The position numbers were made by a program, and so were the translations under genes. A DNA stretch of 64,000 nt from contig OX597832.1 of assembly GCA_951406725.2 (NCBI GenBank), positions 10,788,001-10,852,000 of the forward strand, in the 5' to 3' direction. Under the pieces are notes generated by a model that made no database searches, was not told where the DNA came from, and worked only from the letters and a program-made list of their open reading frames with translations. This stretch comes from Octopus vulgaris. Lineage: Eukaryota. Of the stretch, positions 40,333 through 55,623 are shown in pieces. Within the stretch, counting starts at the first letter, position 1, and every line of letters begins with the position of its first letter.

Positions 40333-40722
40333 GTATGTATATATGTATATATATATATATATCATGTATATATACATATATATACATATATATATATATG
40401 TGTATATATATGTATGTATATATGTATATATATATATCATGTATATATACATATATATACATATATATATATATGTGTATATATATGTATGTATATATGT
40501 ATATATATATATATCATGTATATATACATATATATACATATATATATATATATGTGTATATATATGTATGTATATATGTATATATATATATATCATGTAT
40601 ATATACATATATATATATAATATATATATATATATGTGTATATATATATGTATGTATATATGTATATATATGTGTATATATATATGTATGTATATATGTA
40701 TATATATATATATATATACACA
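39428..40722. repeat. 1.3-kb AT-rich array with ~75-bp higher-order periodicity
   Basis: tcatgtata anchors at 39880, 39957, 40078, 40141, 40210, 40287, 40362, 40437, 40514 and 40593. Confidence 0.9.
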
Positions 40723-41868
40723 CAGATCGCTAAATTTCAAATATATTACACATATATCAGGATTTAAATATGCTTAGCTTCACTCTAATTCTATCAAGGA
40801 TATAAAAGTGCGAATTATTTTACAAAAGCATATTGAAAATATAAACTGTATACTATCAGTTCTGTAACCTTATAAAGACGTATTAAACTTGAATACATTT
40901 AACAACGTTTTTCACAAATATTTGTGTTGGAATTAGGAAACCATTTTAAAATAAATGTCATTAACGAACAAAGAAGATCTATTCTAAATAAGCACCTAAT
41001 TCTTCTAAGAATTATCCTCTTTTATCAAACTTTTTTCTTACATATTTTACGATCTTGATGTTTGTAAATAAATTTCATAAATACTATCAGAAACGTTATA
41101 GCATCTCGTTATAGAATCTTCCAGAAAGGCTAAATTCGGTTTAAGTTGCAGAAACCTTTCTGAGGCACAACCAAAATGATTAACATAAGAAACTGAATCC
41201 TCATCCTTCGATTTGCTTTCATCGCTTACAAGTATATTCCTTTTCTGCTTTCACGAGTATTTGCTTTTGTGTTTCCCGACTATGGGTATTTTACGCGTAT
41301 TTACTGCTCCTGTTTATTGACTTTTTAATTACTGTCGTGTTGAGCACTGACTAATGACTTCGTCATTAAATGATTGGGTTGCAAATTGGACGATGTAAGC
41401 GAAACACACTCGTGGTGAGAACCAGTTTCCTCGTATGTACGTGACTTCAATACATTTACGTCGTTGCTTTTCTATCTATATTTCTTATGTATTTCCATTC
41501 AATCTGATTTCAAATAACCTCATCTACAAGATTTTAACACTAAGTCTTCAACCAGTATAGCATATTCTTACCTGTCATATTATCAGGGAGTTGACTTGGC
41601 ATACATTTTCCCATTCCGACATATAGCCAGTATCTATTGGTTATTTTCTCAATTTTATTCTCTGATTTCAACGCCTGCGTTGGTTCAATTTTCATCCAAC
41701 AAAAAACAACAACAAATAAAATATCCTTGAATCTTGTCCATGTAAGAAATTAATAATATAATAATCACTATCTTCACAACAACCTTTCAATTAATATATT
41801 TTCTTTTTCTGATCCAGCGTTGTATATATATATACATACATACATACATACATATATCCATACATACA

Positions 41869-41931
<63 letters not shown>

Positions 41932-42550
41932 ATGTATGTGGTATCACGTGCTTCTTCACTTTTAAATGAGTTTCTGAATAGAAATGAGGAAGAGAATAAA
42001 TAGAATGTATTTTTTGCGTTTATATATGTGTGTATTTGTGTATGTATGCATATATGTGTGCGGGTCTATTACATACATACATACATATATACATATAAAT
42101 ATATATATATACATGCATATATATATATATATATATCCTATTATATTTCTAGGCTTTTCTTTCTTTAAATTTAATGCTCTTTATTTTATCGTATTCCACT
42201 TTAAAATACACATTGATATTACAATTCTATGATTCCCTAGTATTGAATGTTTTGTTTCAAGGAAAAAAAAACAGGACAATGTTATTTTCTCTGTCTTGGA
42301 ATTAGTTTTGCAACAACACCTCCCAACATGAAAGAACGACGTCAAACATAAAGGTTATTTCTAAAGATCAAAATATCAATATTTAAATAAATACACACGC
42401 AAGATCACGAACATACGCATATACAAGTAAATACACACATCATTAACTCTCTCTCTCCCCCTCCCTCCCTCCCTCTCCCTCCCTCCCTCTCTGTATCTAT
42501 CTATCTATCTATCTATCAATCTATATATCTATCTATTTATCTCTCTCTCT

Positions 42551-42581
<31 letters not shown>

Positions 42582-42687
42582 CTCATTTGCATATACATTT
42601 ACGTATCTGCATATTAGGAATATATACAGATAATACTTATATGTGTACACATGTGTGCATTTGTTTCTATATTTATATGTAAATACA

Positions 42688-42803
<116 letters not shown>

Positions 42804-45800
42804 TGTGTGTGTTCTCTGAGTGTGTAAACAGAAACTGTTTATACGCATGTGTGAGTCTGTACTATTTATCTATGTGTAAACCTCTGCGTGTATGTGCGGT
42901 TGTTTCTTTGTTTTCTATTCATTGCTTAACTAAAATGAGAATATAATATTTGTGCTTTGGCTTATTTTTTTTTTCTTTGGAATTGTTCAAATATTGATCT
43001 GCGAAATAAATCAATTACTTTCTCTCAGAATTCCATAACAAATTTATGCTTATTCATATCAGTAGTAATAATAAATTATTCCTTTCCCTGTGGCTATAAA
43101 GAAGTTTCAAAGTGTTTGTCATTTGGAAAAATACTTTATGAAATTTAAGTAAAAGCCAGAAAATGTTAAATAACGTATTTGTGTATAGAAACAAAAGTAT
43201 CATGAAAGAAAGCATAAACTTGATTTCAATGCTTGGCGCCAGTTTTAACACTTTGGGTATTTTCCTTATTGTTTGTTACTTAATTGATTAATGCATTGAT
43301 ATATGCTGTTTCACTCTGCTTTTATTTTTTTATGTTCTATTGTAAGAAGTATCGTTTCTGGTTTAAAATTTTTGCACAGCAATCGCATGGTTATCGGTTT
43401 CACTCATAATCATGAAACACAGGGGAAGTTTTCTTTCGGCAAATTTCCAAGCTTATTTCGTGGTTTTCAGTGGAAGTTGTTACAGGTTTACGAGCGGGGA
43501 AACATATCCATATATTTATTTACACACACACACATATACACACATACACATGCACAGACAGTGAGTTACACACACACGCACACACACACACATACACGCA
43601 TATATATATATGAAGTAACGCATTGTTTTGCAGGTAAGTGAATGTTGATATAGATTTCTCTTGAGACGGTCATTTTGCAAAAAAAAATAATAATCACGCC
43701 CTGGATATATTTCGATTCGTATCATTAGCAGTCAAGTGGTTGGCTAATTATCAGCAATGAAATAGCTTCTTTAACATTCAAAGAGAAACATTGCTTTTTA
43801 ACTGTATGTTCGTAGAATAATTAGAAGTAGAGAGCTGGGCATTATTTTAAGTATACTGAAACCGCACTCAAAAGTGATGGAGGGCAAGAGGTATGCTATA
43901 ATTTCAGAAGCTGGCCCTCTAGTGCAACATATCCCAGTATTCAATTCTCAGAGGAGGAGAGGTTGATAAAAATCTTAACTTACAATCTTCAACTTCATTT
44001 ACGTGTCTTTTCTTACCTATGGTTGGAAATGTAGTGTAACATGTACGACCGCAAATAATAGTAGTTTAATTTCGGTACCCACGAAGGGTATATTGAGTAA
44101 TGTTAGTCGAAGGTGTTAGTAGCCGTTAACGAGACAGTGTCTCAGGTCATGATATAGTTTTTCCCTTTGGGATGGCAAGTGTTTGATGCTAATGAAAGGT
44201 AATTGGAATATCACAGGAAAGAATCGCAGAGGGATTCTCCAAGCTAGGCCATCCAGACATAAATGAGATGGTTCGATAATCTCCACTGTATTAATTAGTC
44301 AAACTTGGTAATCCATCACGAAAATATAGTGATGCTTGATTCTGGTAGCTATGAAGAAGGGGAATATAGCCCAACATTACCCTGCCGGGGATAGTGGGCG
44401 GAGAATATACATAGATAATTTGTTGGCAAAAGCGATGGATGACGGAATTTGTTCTTATAGGTATTGTTCATTGTCAGATTATTTCCAGACTTCTCTTTAT
44501 ATTAATTTTAATTGGTACAACACTATATAATTGAAGATTAATTTCTGGACAGTAATATTTTTGGACATTAGTTGCATGTTCAGCAAACACCCAAATGTTC
44601 ATGAACTGAATAAACGGCAACAACTTCAACGATTTGCTACAGACCGGAGAAATATCAGTCAGTATTTGTTTGAATGGTTCATTCCATGTTATCTTGATTC
44701 TAGTGTTGTTATCGTAGTACGATTATTGTAACCGTTGAATTTAAAATCAATTATTTTAGCTGATGTAATACGCCGCTCCGTCTTGTTAGTTTCAGTTACC
44801 TGCCGCACTTGGAAACGTTCGCGGAATTTCGATTCAAATCTTATCTAATTCACGTCTATAGTGCTTTCGTTTTTTTTCTATCTTAAGCATTCTGGAAATT
44901 CAAATGCCATGGTACTTTTTCATTAAGGGAAAGCTTATACAGATTCAGTCAGTCAAGAATTGATTTTCAAGCCGACACGTTAATCTCCCTATATAACACC
45001 TGACATTAAATCAGAGCATATATTCTCTATACCAATGAATCATAGTTAAACCAGCGTACAGTGTTTAGGATATCGTTAAATAAAATTTTCATAATGTTAG
45101 AGATAATACTCTTTCTTTTGTTGATTAAAGCATCCCATATGGCATTTCCATGCGATGTCTCCAGAGGAGATTCTCAGAATTCACTATATGTGCCAAGCAG
45201 TTATGCATTCTTATTTTGCAGTATTATTCTCGATCAATTTTCTCTTCATTATTTCAAGGTATTTCGTAACATCGTTTTGATTCTCCACAAACAGTCGTGA
45301 TTTATTATCACTCTTCTTTCGCATTACTTTCGCAGAATTACTCTATCCGTTCTTCATTGCATACAATGGAATACAAAATATAATTTGTGAGAAACTTTTC
45401 GGCTTAGGTTTATTTAGGTAGAGATTCATCATGACTGGTATGATGAAATTGTTTCATAATGTAAAATGGAATATAGACTGATCGTAGCTGTATTTTGATT
45501 AATAGTATCGACATCGATAACTGTATTTCTGCTATTACACGAATTTATACTTACACTCTGATAATAAAGTGATTAGGGTTTCTAATTCTGATGAACGATT
45601 GTTGGTATTTGCCTTGCACACCAGGTTTGTGTTCATGAACGATTCCATTCTTCGTATTGTATGGATGACGGAAATAAAATTTCACATATGGTCATCTAAA
45701 AGTGAGTTTGCTGTATAAGGTTGTTTTGTAAATGCTGATTTTTCATAAGCTATTCCGACATCTAGAAAAGCTTTTCTAAAACAAACATATGTATGCATGT

Positions 45801-46027
45801 ATATATACGTATATATCTATGAATATATTTACATCAATACCTATATGCGTGTGATTTTGTAGGTCTATATGTGTACATATATGTGTACATACGTACATGC
45901 ATATATTCATATTTAACTATATTTATCCCTTTATCTCTATATGTGTATCTATCTATCCATAGCTTTCACTCTTACTCACTCTCTCACTCTTTCTCTCTTT
46001 CCTCCTCTCTCTATAAATACATACGTA

Positions 46028-46063
<36 letters not shown>

Positions 46064-46735
46064 CATATATATATATAAATACGTACATATATATATATAT
46101 ATACTCATATATATGTATATATATATATATACATATATATACATATACATCTATATACAAGCACATATATATACATGTACATATACATTCAACTATATGT
46201 TCATGTGTGTGTGTAGGTATATATGTATGTATAACATTGCGTGTGGTAGTCTAGAGACTGTATTGTACATGTGAATTAGAAAATTTATTACTACTTACGA
46301 TGGAAAAAAAAAAGAACAAACACAAAACACATTTAGATTTTCGTTATATATTCTCCAACTCATTTGTCGGCTAGATATTATCCTTTTGGGAAATACTTTA
46401 TCTCACAGCATGATAGGCAATGAAAATAATTGTTGTTGAAAACTTAATGAAAAATTACAGATGTAGGCGCGATAACACTTTCCGGCATATTGTTCAAATG
46501 TAGGCGATTAGTTAAACTGATGCATTCATCCCTCAAATACAGACCAACACTCTATCACTCTGACTTACCCAAAGTGTGCATGGTTGCATAGTGAGATAAT
46601 TTACGAAGATAATGATTTCTCACATTCATAAAGAAACAAAGAACAGACAGTGATGAAATTAAATATCGCAGGCACTATTACTTGCTGGAAACGCTAGCTC
46701 TGGAATCCATTCAGTGTAGAAAGTTAACAATGTAT

Positions 46736-46774
<39 letters not shown>

Positions 46775-46813
46775 TAGATAGATACACATACATATATAGA
46801 TAGATAGATAGAT

Positions 46814-46862
<49 letters not shown>

Positions 46863-46990
46863 TACATATATATATATATATGAATATATATATATATGAA
46901 TATCTATCTTTATATATATGTATATATATACATACATAGACATATGCATATATATACGTGTGCATGTATGTAAGTTTCTCCCTGTGTCTC

Positions 46991-47021
<31 letters not shown>

Positions 47022-48923
47022 ACATAGGTACGTTATTTCCAGTTGAACGTACGCTGTCTTGCAAATTGGAGTGACTGCTATATGAAAATATACACTATCC
47101 ATGGTCTTTTGTGTATGAGTCAGCATGTCTATTCAATACGATTTTATTCGTTACAAAGCAATGAGTACAAAAGTAAACTACACGAGAGGGACTAGTTAAC
47201 AAATGGTGTATAATTTACGCTTAAATTTACGAATTTGCTTACTGAGACATATATAGGTGAGGTCATCAGAATATTATAAACTTAAGAGTAAAAGAATTCA
47301 TACTTGGCAAAGAGGATCTCCGTGCATACATAAATGCTATAAGTAATAGTAAATACGTATTGGGTTCTAGTCTCGCGGGCTGAAACCGAACTTTTCATTC
47401 CAAAAGGGATTTCAACACAAAATTTACGTTATAGCACAGTTGCTGCTTCGAGGTTCTCTATACCAATCAATAATTACACACACACATGCACGCACGCTCA
47501 CGCTTGCGCTCGCACACGCACACACACATATACACACATGCACATACATAAATAATGGCAAGAGTTTTAATCTAAGAGATGACAGGGCCAAGACCTTTGT
47601 AAAAAATATTCAGCTTTATCTATTTACCTTTTCTCCTCCTGTCTATCTGAAAAATATATATATATATATACTAAATACTGTATGACGAAAATGAGAAAGT
47701 ATTTTTCTGAACCAATTCGTATTATTCTGTATATGAATAAATAATGTGTGCGGGATCTTAGCGCGGGTATATTTTTTTCTCCATATATAATCTAGAGGCA
47801 TTTCAAAATAGTCATATATGAAATAGAATACGAATCCCTATTACTGTACATGTCCCACAACGGAGTCTGTAGAATAGTGCTAAGCCATACATGGTATTGT
47901 ATGTGAAACTGCTTTTCATGTAAATTATATTAGTAGTTTCATGAATATTCGAATTATTCTGTTGTCTTAAGTATGAAACAGTCGAAAATGAACGCACACA
48001 CTTGCACGCACACATGTATTTATACGATTGTGAGTGACAGGGAATGGAAACTGGATAAAGATATCAATGCTTTTGTGTCATTTTGAGCAAATGGTACAAC
48101 CACATATTGTTTCCCTGGTCGATGCCTTGTATGCATGCCTAAGCAGTTAACGCACAGCATATTTCTATTGAAATATAGAGGTTGTTAGCTAGTATTTCTT
48201 CACGATATAAAATTGTATATTGATAGAATTTCGCTGCGGCTAGCGTAAAGAGCCCCAGTTGGAGACAAAATTATTTTAATTGATTTAATGCAATTTTACT
48301 ATTCAGTATTTCTCTTATCAAATGTACTCCGTTCTATCCGTATTGCCTTAATTGATCAGAAGGCAAATATATCCATTGTGCACTACGAAGAACAAAACGA
48401 AATCAGCTTTCGAAGACATAAAGTTCTTAAGTTATTTCAAACGGCTTCAGATCAACTTTATAGTCTTAATCATTTTATGGAAAATTCGAGGAACGATTAC
48501 TTAAACGCTAACTAACTTGTAAAGGAGCATTGAGTGAATTTTAGAACACAGGATCAATACACATATACTTGCAATGATCGTAGTGTTTGTCTAAATTCTC
48601 AGTGATTTAAGATTATTTGGATCAGAGCAATACGCATTGAAAGAAGTGTGGAACAATAGAGAGTTGGTAGCAAAGTGTTGTTTCAGTTGCTTGCTTCACT
48701 TAACGATTGTTGTTAACGTCTACAGAAGAAGCAATCTGTGTTCGTGTTACCGCTGTTTATGTAAACTTCTCTAAATTAAATAGTTTGAACGTGTGAATGG
48801 AGATCAATGTCAATTAACGACTGTGTAGAACATGTGTGCGTTTGTGAGCGTGTGTGGCTGCTATTATTAGTGGTAGCAGTAGCAATAGAAGTAGCAGCAG
48901 CAGCATGATTAGTAGTGTATGTG

Positions 48924-48998
<75 letters not shown>

Positions 48999-49163
48999 TT
49001 TATGGACGTTGTAATGGCTGTCTGCTAAGACACTTTCAGCATTGATCCCACAGCAAGGAAACTTCGTCACTTTTTGTCTACACTAGTCTGAAATTCTTTA
49101 GAAGACACATGCAAATGCATAAAGCAAACATTTGATTTTACATATATATATATATATATATTA

Positions 49164-49344
49164 TAGATCGTTTGACACTAAACACATTTTTTTTTTATCT
49201 CCTTGTTTTTTCTGTGTCCCTTTCTGTAGACGAGCTCAGGCTCGAAACGTATAAGAGTTTTTCTATTCCTGAGCGTTATACTAATACATCTCTTTGTTTT
49301 GTACACCACCTGCCTTCGTCTTTTGTTTTTTTCGTAAACTCTCC
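49164..49344 (+). mobile_element. Short TA-embedded element with a minimal-hammerhead-like core (Penelope pLTR-like), copy 1
   Basis: Inverse copy at 53224-53441; contains ctgtaga-c-GAGC-tcag-GCTC-gaa-ACGT-a; (TA)n flanks. Confidence 0.6.
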
Positions 49345-50444
49345 ATATATATATATGTGTGTGTGTGTATAAGCTTATATATACATATATATGTATTTAC
49401 GTTTAATTTAACATACCACATGTTATTTCCATCTCTCAGTGTACGCCAATTGTATGGGGATACGCGTGAAACCCCTTTCTGCTTGGACAACATCAACAAT
49501 AATAATAATGATAATAATAATAATAATAATAAAATAATAATAATAATAATGACAATGATAACATTCGGATTGAATATAAAATATACACACACGCGCGCGC
49601 ACACACACACATATATTTAAATCTTCACAGATGATTGTGTATCAGCGAATATGTATCACTGTGCTCTTGTTTGTGTGTTTTACACCGGCTTTAACACAGT
49701 CTAAATTATTATGAGAGACCAATTTGACAAATAAAATAGTTAGTATACCTCTCAATATTGAATAAACCACATGCGGACGGTATCTGCGTACGTATGAGCG
49801 TCGATTTGTTTGAAAATATTTGAATCATGCAAGGCGCCACAAAATTTCTATCAAGTTAAATGAAATTGAAAATATAAAAATTATACCTCCTCCTATGTCA
49901 TAAAAGAAGCAATATAAAATATCCTTTGACTATATAACCTCATACAGCAAAACTTATTTTTTTATATATATATATTCGTCTTGTAAAAGATAATTATTAG
50001 ATTATTACTGTGAGGTCTTACTATCATGAAATCGAGTCAGTCATCTTAGCAATATGATGCTTTTAGACTGACTTGCTATAAGTGACTCATATATTTACTA
50101 ATTCATAGCGATTTCTTCACTGATATATTTTAGTATTAACGCCTGAGCGGAGCACGAAATACACATCATTTCATATATATATGAATAGAAAGTTCGAAGT
50201 TTATCGAGCTGAGAAATATAATCTGCCGTTTCGCTCTTCTGCCTAACTTAGCAATATCTATGAGAATTTAATTAAAGATTTGAGGCTAGTGTCAGTTGTG
50301 TGTTTATTATTTATAGTGCCGGCAAGGGGCAAATATATATATGTATAGAAATATCGTTGACAACAGAAAGAATTATGTATAGCATCACTTACACAGGGGA
50401 ATACACTTACACAAATATATTTATATATAAATGTATCTTATTAT

Positions 50445-50477
<33 letters not shown>

Positions 50478-50535
50478 CATATGTTTGCCTGTGTGTGTAT
50501 ATGCATGTGGGTGTGTGTATGTATGTATAAATATA

Positions 50536-50608
<73 letters not shown>

Positions 50609-50761
50609 ATATGTAGATATATATATACATACATATACATACATATACACACACATATATATATATCTATGTATGTATCTATATATATGTATCTATATAC
50701 ATATATATATGTATGTATCTATATACATATATATATGTATATATATATATATGTATGTATG

Positions 50762-50795
<34 letters not shown>

Positions 50796-51140
50796 TGGAT
50801 GTATGTAAATGTATATGTACATAGCTTACATTTACAAAAGAGAAGGGCAGGTAGTGGAACAACAATCAGTTGTATTCATTTGGCGATCGGGAAGATGGAG
50901 AAGTCTTTGACAGAAACATGGAGACAACGGAAAGACTGAGGGCGAAAAAGCTGTGTAGAGAAAAACGTCGTAGCACGAGGAAAATATATTCATGAGTATA
51001 TGTATGTATGTATGTATGAAGGTATGTATGTATGCATGTATGTATGTATGTATGTATGTATATATATACACATATACGCGTACATACATCTTTGGGTGAG
51101 CGACCTGTGTGCCTGTGTATTTTATTTGTAAGCGCATTTA

Positions 51141-51175
<35 letters not shown>

Positions 51176-51189
51176 TATTAAATTCTCTC

Positions 51190-51317
51190 CTTGAATAATA
51201 TTGATCGACAGCAACATTTTCGTTTCATGGCAAAATATGCATCCAATTCAATAAAATTATAAAGTTTGCTCTGATTATTATGCTTAAAATGCAAAATGTT
51301 TTACTTTTTACTTTATT
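51190..51317 (+). repeat. ~128-bp direct repeat, copy 1 (copy 2 at 53581-53711)
   Basis: aataatattgatcgacagcaacatttt..ttgctctgattattatg..taaaatgcaaaatgttttactttt shared. Confidence 0.85.
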
Positions 51318-53117
51318 TTATGATGTAACAGATTTGTGCAACAATAAAAAGGCGTCTGAAACAGCTATAGTGAATCACGATTCACCTGTTTTATTGTGTA
51401 TTTTTGATCTATCTCAGAACCTTCCCTATGTTTTTATCTGCAACTTATATTCGACAAAGGAATATATTTTAGGGAGCATATGCTTGTGTGACTTCGATGA
51501 CACGTTGTGTATTGTGTCAGTACTTGAGCGTGTGTGCATAACTAAACGACATATCTTCAGTAAATAAGTATATGACAGTGAAAATTGATACTACACAGGT
51601 GTGCTATCTCCGATTCTACCTTGGTGCTTTTGTTACTTAAATATCTGATTCAATCGGCTCCTAAAATTTTTATTTAATTATATATATATGTGTGTGTGTG
51701 TTTGAGTGTGTGTGCGGAGGGGTTATATATAATATTGTTGTCCGACGATCCATAATTTCTTGTGGATAAGTGACTTTCGCTTATGTTGCAAATGACATTT
51801 ATAAGTGAAATATAGTGGCGAATGTTTGTGAAGGAGAATATGGTTGATATATTTCGTTTGAATAAAAGGAAATTTAAGCTCTGTGTTTCGTCACTACGTC
51901 AGATTGTCTTCCGCTCTGTTATGTGACATGACTATTTCTAAGACCCATGAGAAATCTTTGAGTAATAGTGTCATATGTCCTTTAGTTACATAATATTTCC
52001 TTACATGGACCACAAACTCAAATATTATCAAATCTTTTAGCGACATTGTTGCCATATAACTTGATTGACTCCAATGTGTTCATTCACACTGTAAGTAATG
52101 TGGTTGTTTCGGAAATTCTTTCCTTGGTGAGGTTTTCATGTACGTGGTTCATTCATTAACCTATTTGTTAGTTGGGTTTCTTTAGGTACAAAATATTTAA
52201 AGAGAACGAATTGTTTTCGCTCTAAAATTCCGTCTACGTTTTAATCCCTAATTTCTTATAAGATTCTGGTTTTCTCCGAATCCATCTTTAATACATTTTA
52301 TTAGATGTTTTTTTTTTTTAACATTTACACCGAAACTCTTTTGACAGTTACCGCGTAGTCATGGCTTCATTAAAAAGAAAATGAAACATCACTAGGGACT
52401 TACTATTTGCATTTCCATTATTCAGTAATTTCGTGCGAAAATATATATATATTTTATCAGTTCTTATTTGACGAGTAAATTCTTGTGTTAACGAGAGAAG
52501 CAGAAAGCGTACATTTTGCATAATTTAAGGTTGTAATTAATGTATTTTTGTGCGTTTTATACATGGGGACATATAACAAATAAATACTATAAAAACAAAA
52601 ACAGCATTAATTTATGTAATGTAGATCCACTAAATACATAGAATAAATTTTTACGAGGTTGGCAAGATGTTATTATTCAGTTAATATAATTGGAATTATT
52701 CCTGCGTAAATGTGAGACGACAACTGCGGTAAGGTTTCTATCACGTTTGATCTCCACATCTGTACGGCGTAAGTTATTGTAAGATTAGTCGACCTGTTGC
52801 CCTTAGATACAATACGTTGACAGGTTATATGGTAATATGAAATCGTAATTATTTTCACTAATTGCATATTGTTAGGTACATTACACACTCTCCTGAAATA
52901 TTTAAAGGAATTAATAATGGAAGCAGACAGTTCAAAGAGCTAGGATGTTCAAATATTCAATGAAGTACATTACGAACCGTCGTCCCGAGCTAAATGTAAT
53001 TCCAAATTCCTACAGAATATCTCATCGACCTCAAATTATCAGAAATTATCATTATCGTCTGAGAGTAGGTCAGGACTCATGTTATTTTTATTATTTAGGA
53101 AAATTGATATGTACATA

Positions 53118-53223
<106 letters not shown>

Positions 53224-53441
53224 AAGGGAAAGTTTACGAAAATAAACAAAAGACGAAGGCAGGTGGTGTACAAACAAACAAATGTATTAGTATAGCGCTA
53301 AGGAATGGAAAAAGCATTTTACGTTTCGAGCCTACGCTCTTCTATAGAAAAATACACAGAAAAAAAATCAAGGAGAGAAACAAGGAGAGAAAAAGTAGGT
53401 AAAAAAAGTAGAAAAAAATGTGTGTAGTAGCTAACGATCTA
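53224..53441 (-). mobile_element. Short TA-embedded element with a minimal-hammerhead-like core, copy 2
   Basis: Minus strand tagatcgtt..ctataga-a-GAGC-gtag-GCTC-gaa-ACGT-a..gtacaccacctgccttcgtcttttgttt..cgtaaact; aligns with 49164-49344. Confidence 0.6.
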
Positions 53442-53469
53442 TCATGTATATGTGTGTGTCTGTGTGTGG

Positions 53470-53506
<37 letters not shown>

Positions 53507-53580
53507 CATACATACATACATTCATATATATATGGTTCTTTGAAAGTGCCGCCTAGGTAGGAAAGGTAGGCAGTGTCTAC

Positions 53581-53711
53581 CTTTAATAATATAGATCGAC
53601 AGCAACATTTTCCTTTTATGGCAACATATGCACCCAATTAAATAAAATTTTGAAGCTTGCTCTGATTATTATGGATAAAATGCAAAATGTTTTACTTTTA
53701 TTTACTTTATT
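53581..53711 (+). repeat. ~130-bp direct repeat, copy 2
   Basis: See 51190-51317. Confidence 0.85.
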
Positions 53712-54180
53712 CTAGATTAGGTGAGCTTGATTCACCCCATCCTTTCAATCTTAGTATTTAAGCACCGCAGAGTGCCGTTGTAATACACATGCTGTGTACA
53801 TTCCCACAACAACGTTTTCTTTACGTGCTCTAAAGGCAGAATGGAACCTGCCTTCACTTCAGTCACGCGGCTGTTTCGCTTAATTTTGGGGTGTTTTACT
53901 ACATAAATATCATCAACTGCCAAATTGAGTAATTACTGACGGCACATGCCTTACATTATTTTATGTTACGTACATTAAATTCTCAGTTTCGTTGTTTGGA
54001 TAGGTTGCTATATGAAAATATATTATATACGTCGTTTAGTACATATTCATACCACATATATGTATCGTTACAAGTATATATATTAAGAAGGCAATGAGCA
54101 CATGAAAGAGGAGAGACAATATTTTATACACACGCACATACAGAGGTATATATTCACACATATATATACACACAGGCATA

Positions 54181-54213
<33 letters not shown>

Positions 54214-55254
54214 TATATCACACATTATATTACATTATATATATATATGTTTATACTTACTGATGATTATATTTATAGGCTGAAAGACAATAGCTGAGTG
54301 TCGTGTCGTATATCATATGCTGCTGCATTTACAAATGTGGCATATAATGTTGTATATCTCCTTTTGTTTTAGATACTGAAATGGTATAAAGGAAACAATT
54401 TAAGGAGATAAAATAAAAACAACAACAATAAAACATTCGCTTGTGAAGCATTGATTCAAGAACTAAATCAGTGAAGTAGAACAATGCTACTCCATTATAT
54501 AAGTTTTAACATCTCATATTGAACCATTATTTCTAACATTAAATGTCCATGACAGTAGCTTCGAAAATCTAAGCTCTGCGGATTATTTTTATAAAAAAAA
54601 TTCTATCACCTCTGTAAAGATATTACTATATTAGTTCCCTGGAAAAACGGTAAAGAAAAATAACGATAAAATGAAATAGAAAATATAAGGAGAACAATAC
54701 GCAGAGCACACTATACGAAAGAATTGACAATTTATATCCTCAAGAGTTCTAGAATTATTTCTTGAAAAGATAACGGAACGGCGTCAGGTAAGTAAAACTA
54801 AATAGAAAGAGGAAAAGGTACAGAAAAAAATATCAGTACGACAGTACGAACACATTTTATTGATTACAATGACAAAAGATAAAAATGACGTTACGACATG
54901 ACAAAAATAGAGAGCAGAGTAAGCTTCAGGAATTAATGGAAGAAATACTGAAGTAGAAGGGGAAAAAAGTAATGTTAGTTTTACACTATGGAAATATATG
55001 TGTATTAATAGTAAACAAATTGTATGTCTAAAAGATGGTTGTGGAATGTTTCTAAATAAAGTGGTTTTGGGAATAGTTGAAGAACAGGACATCTAGAAGT
55101 GAGAGGAAACGAATAAGACAGACAACATTTTTTTTCAAAAAATATCAAAATCTATTGTGAAAAAAGGCTATTTTTGTAATTAAGATGAGTTGTTCATATA
55201 TAAGCGTGTGCACGCGTGTGACTTTGTGTGCCTATAGGTAAGCATGAATGACAA

Positions 55255-55378
55255 CATACACATATATATGTATGTTTATATATATAAATACATATGTATA
55301 TGTATATATATATGTATATACATATATATATAGATATATATGTTTATATACATATATATATATATGTATATATACATA

Positions 55379-55409
<31 letters not shown>

Positions 55410-55471
55410 TAATATATATATTATATAACATATAATATTATATAAATATATATATATATATATAGAATATA

Positions 55472-55502
<31 letters not shown>

Positions 55503-55584
55503 ATATGCATATATATAGAATATATATATATATATATAGACATATACATATATATATACATATATATATATATATGTATATATC

Positions 55585-55623
<39 letters not shown>

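Noticed and set aside
39343-40777. ORFs of 294-432 aa, the longest in the track
   Set aside because: Poly-(YI) translations of AT arrays; (AT)n with C/G interruptions rarely creates stops, and the ORFs are open in several frames on both strands.
44060-44490. GC-richer stretch with a minus-strand YVYSPP motif (possible LINE endonuclease relic)
   Set aside because: One short motif and no GDFN or SDH support.
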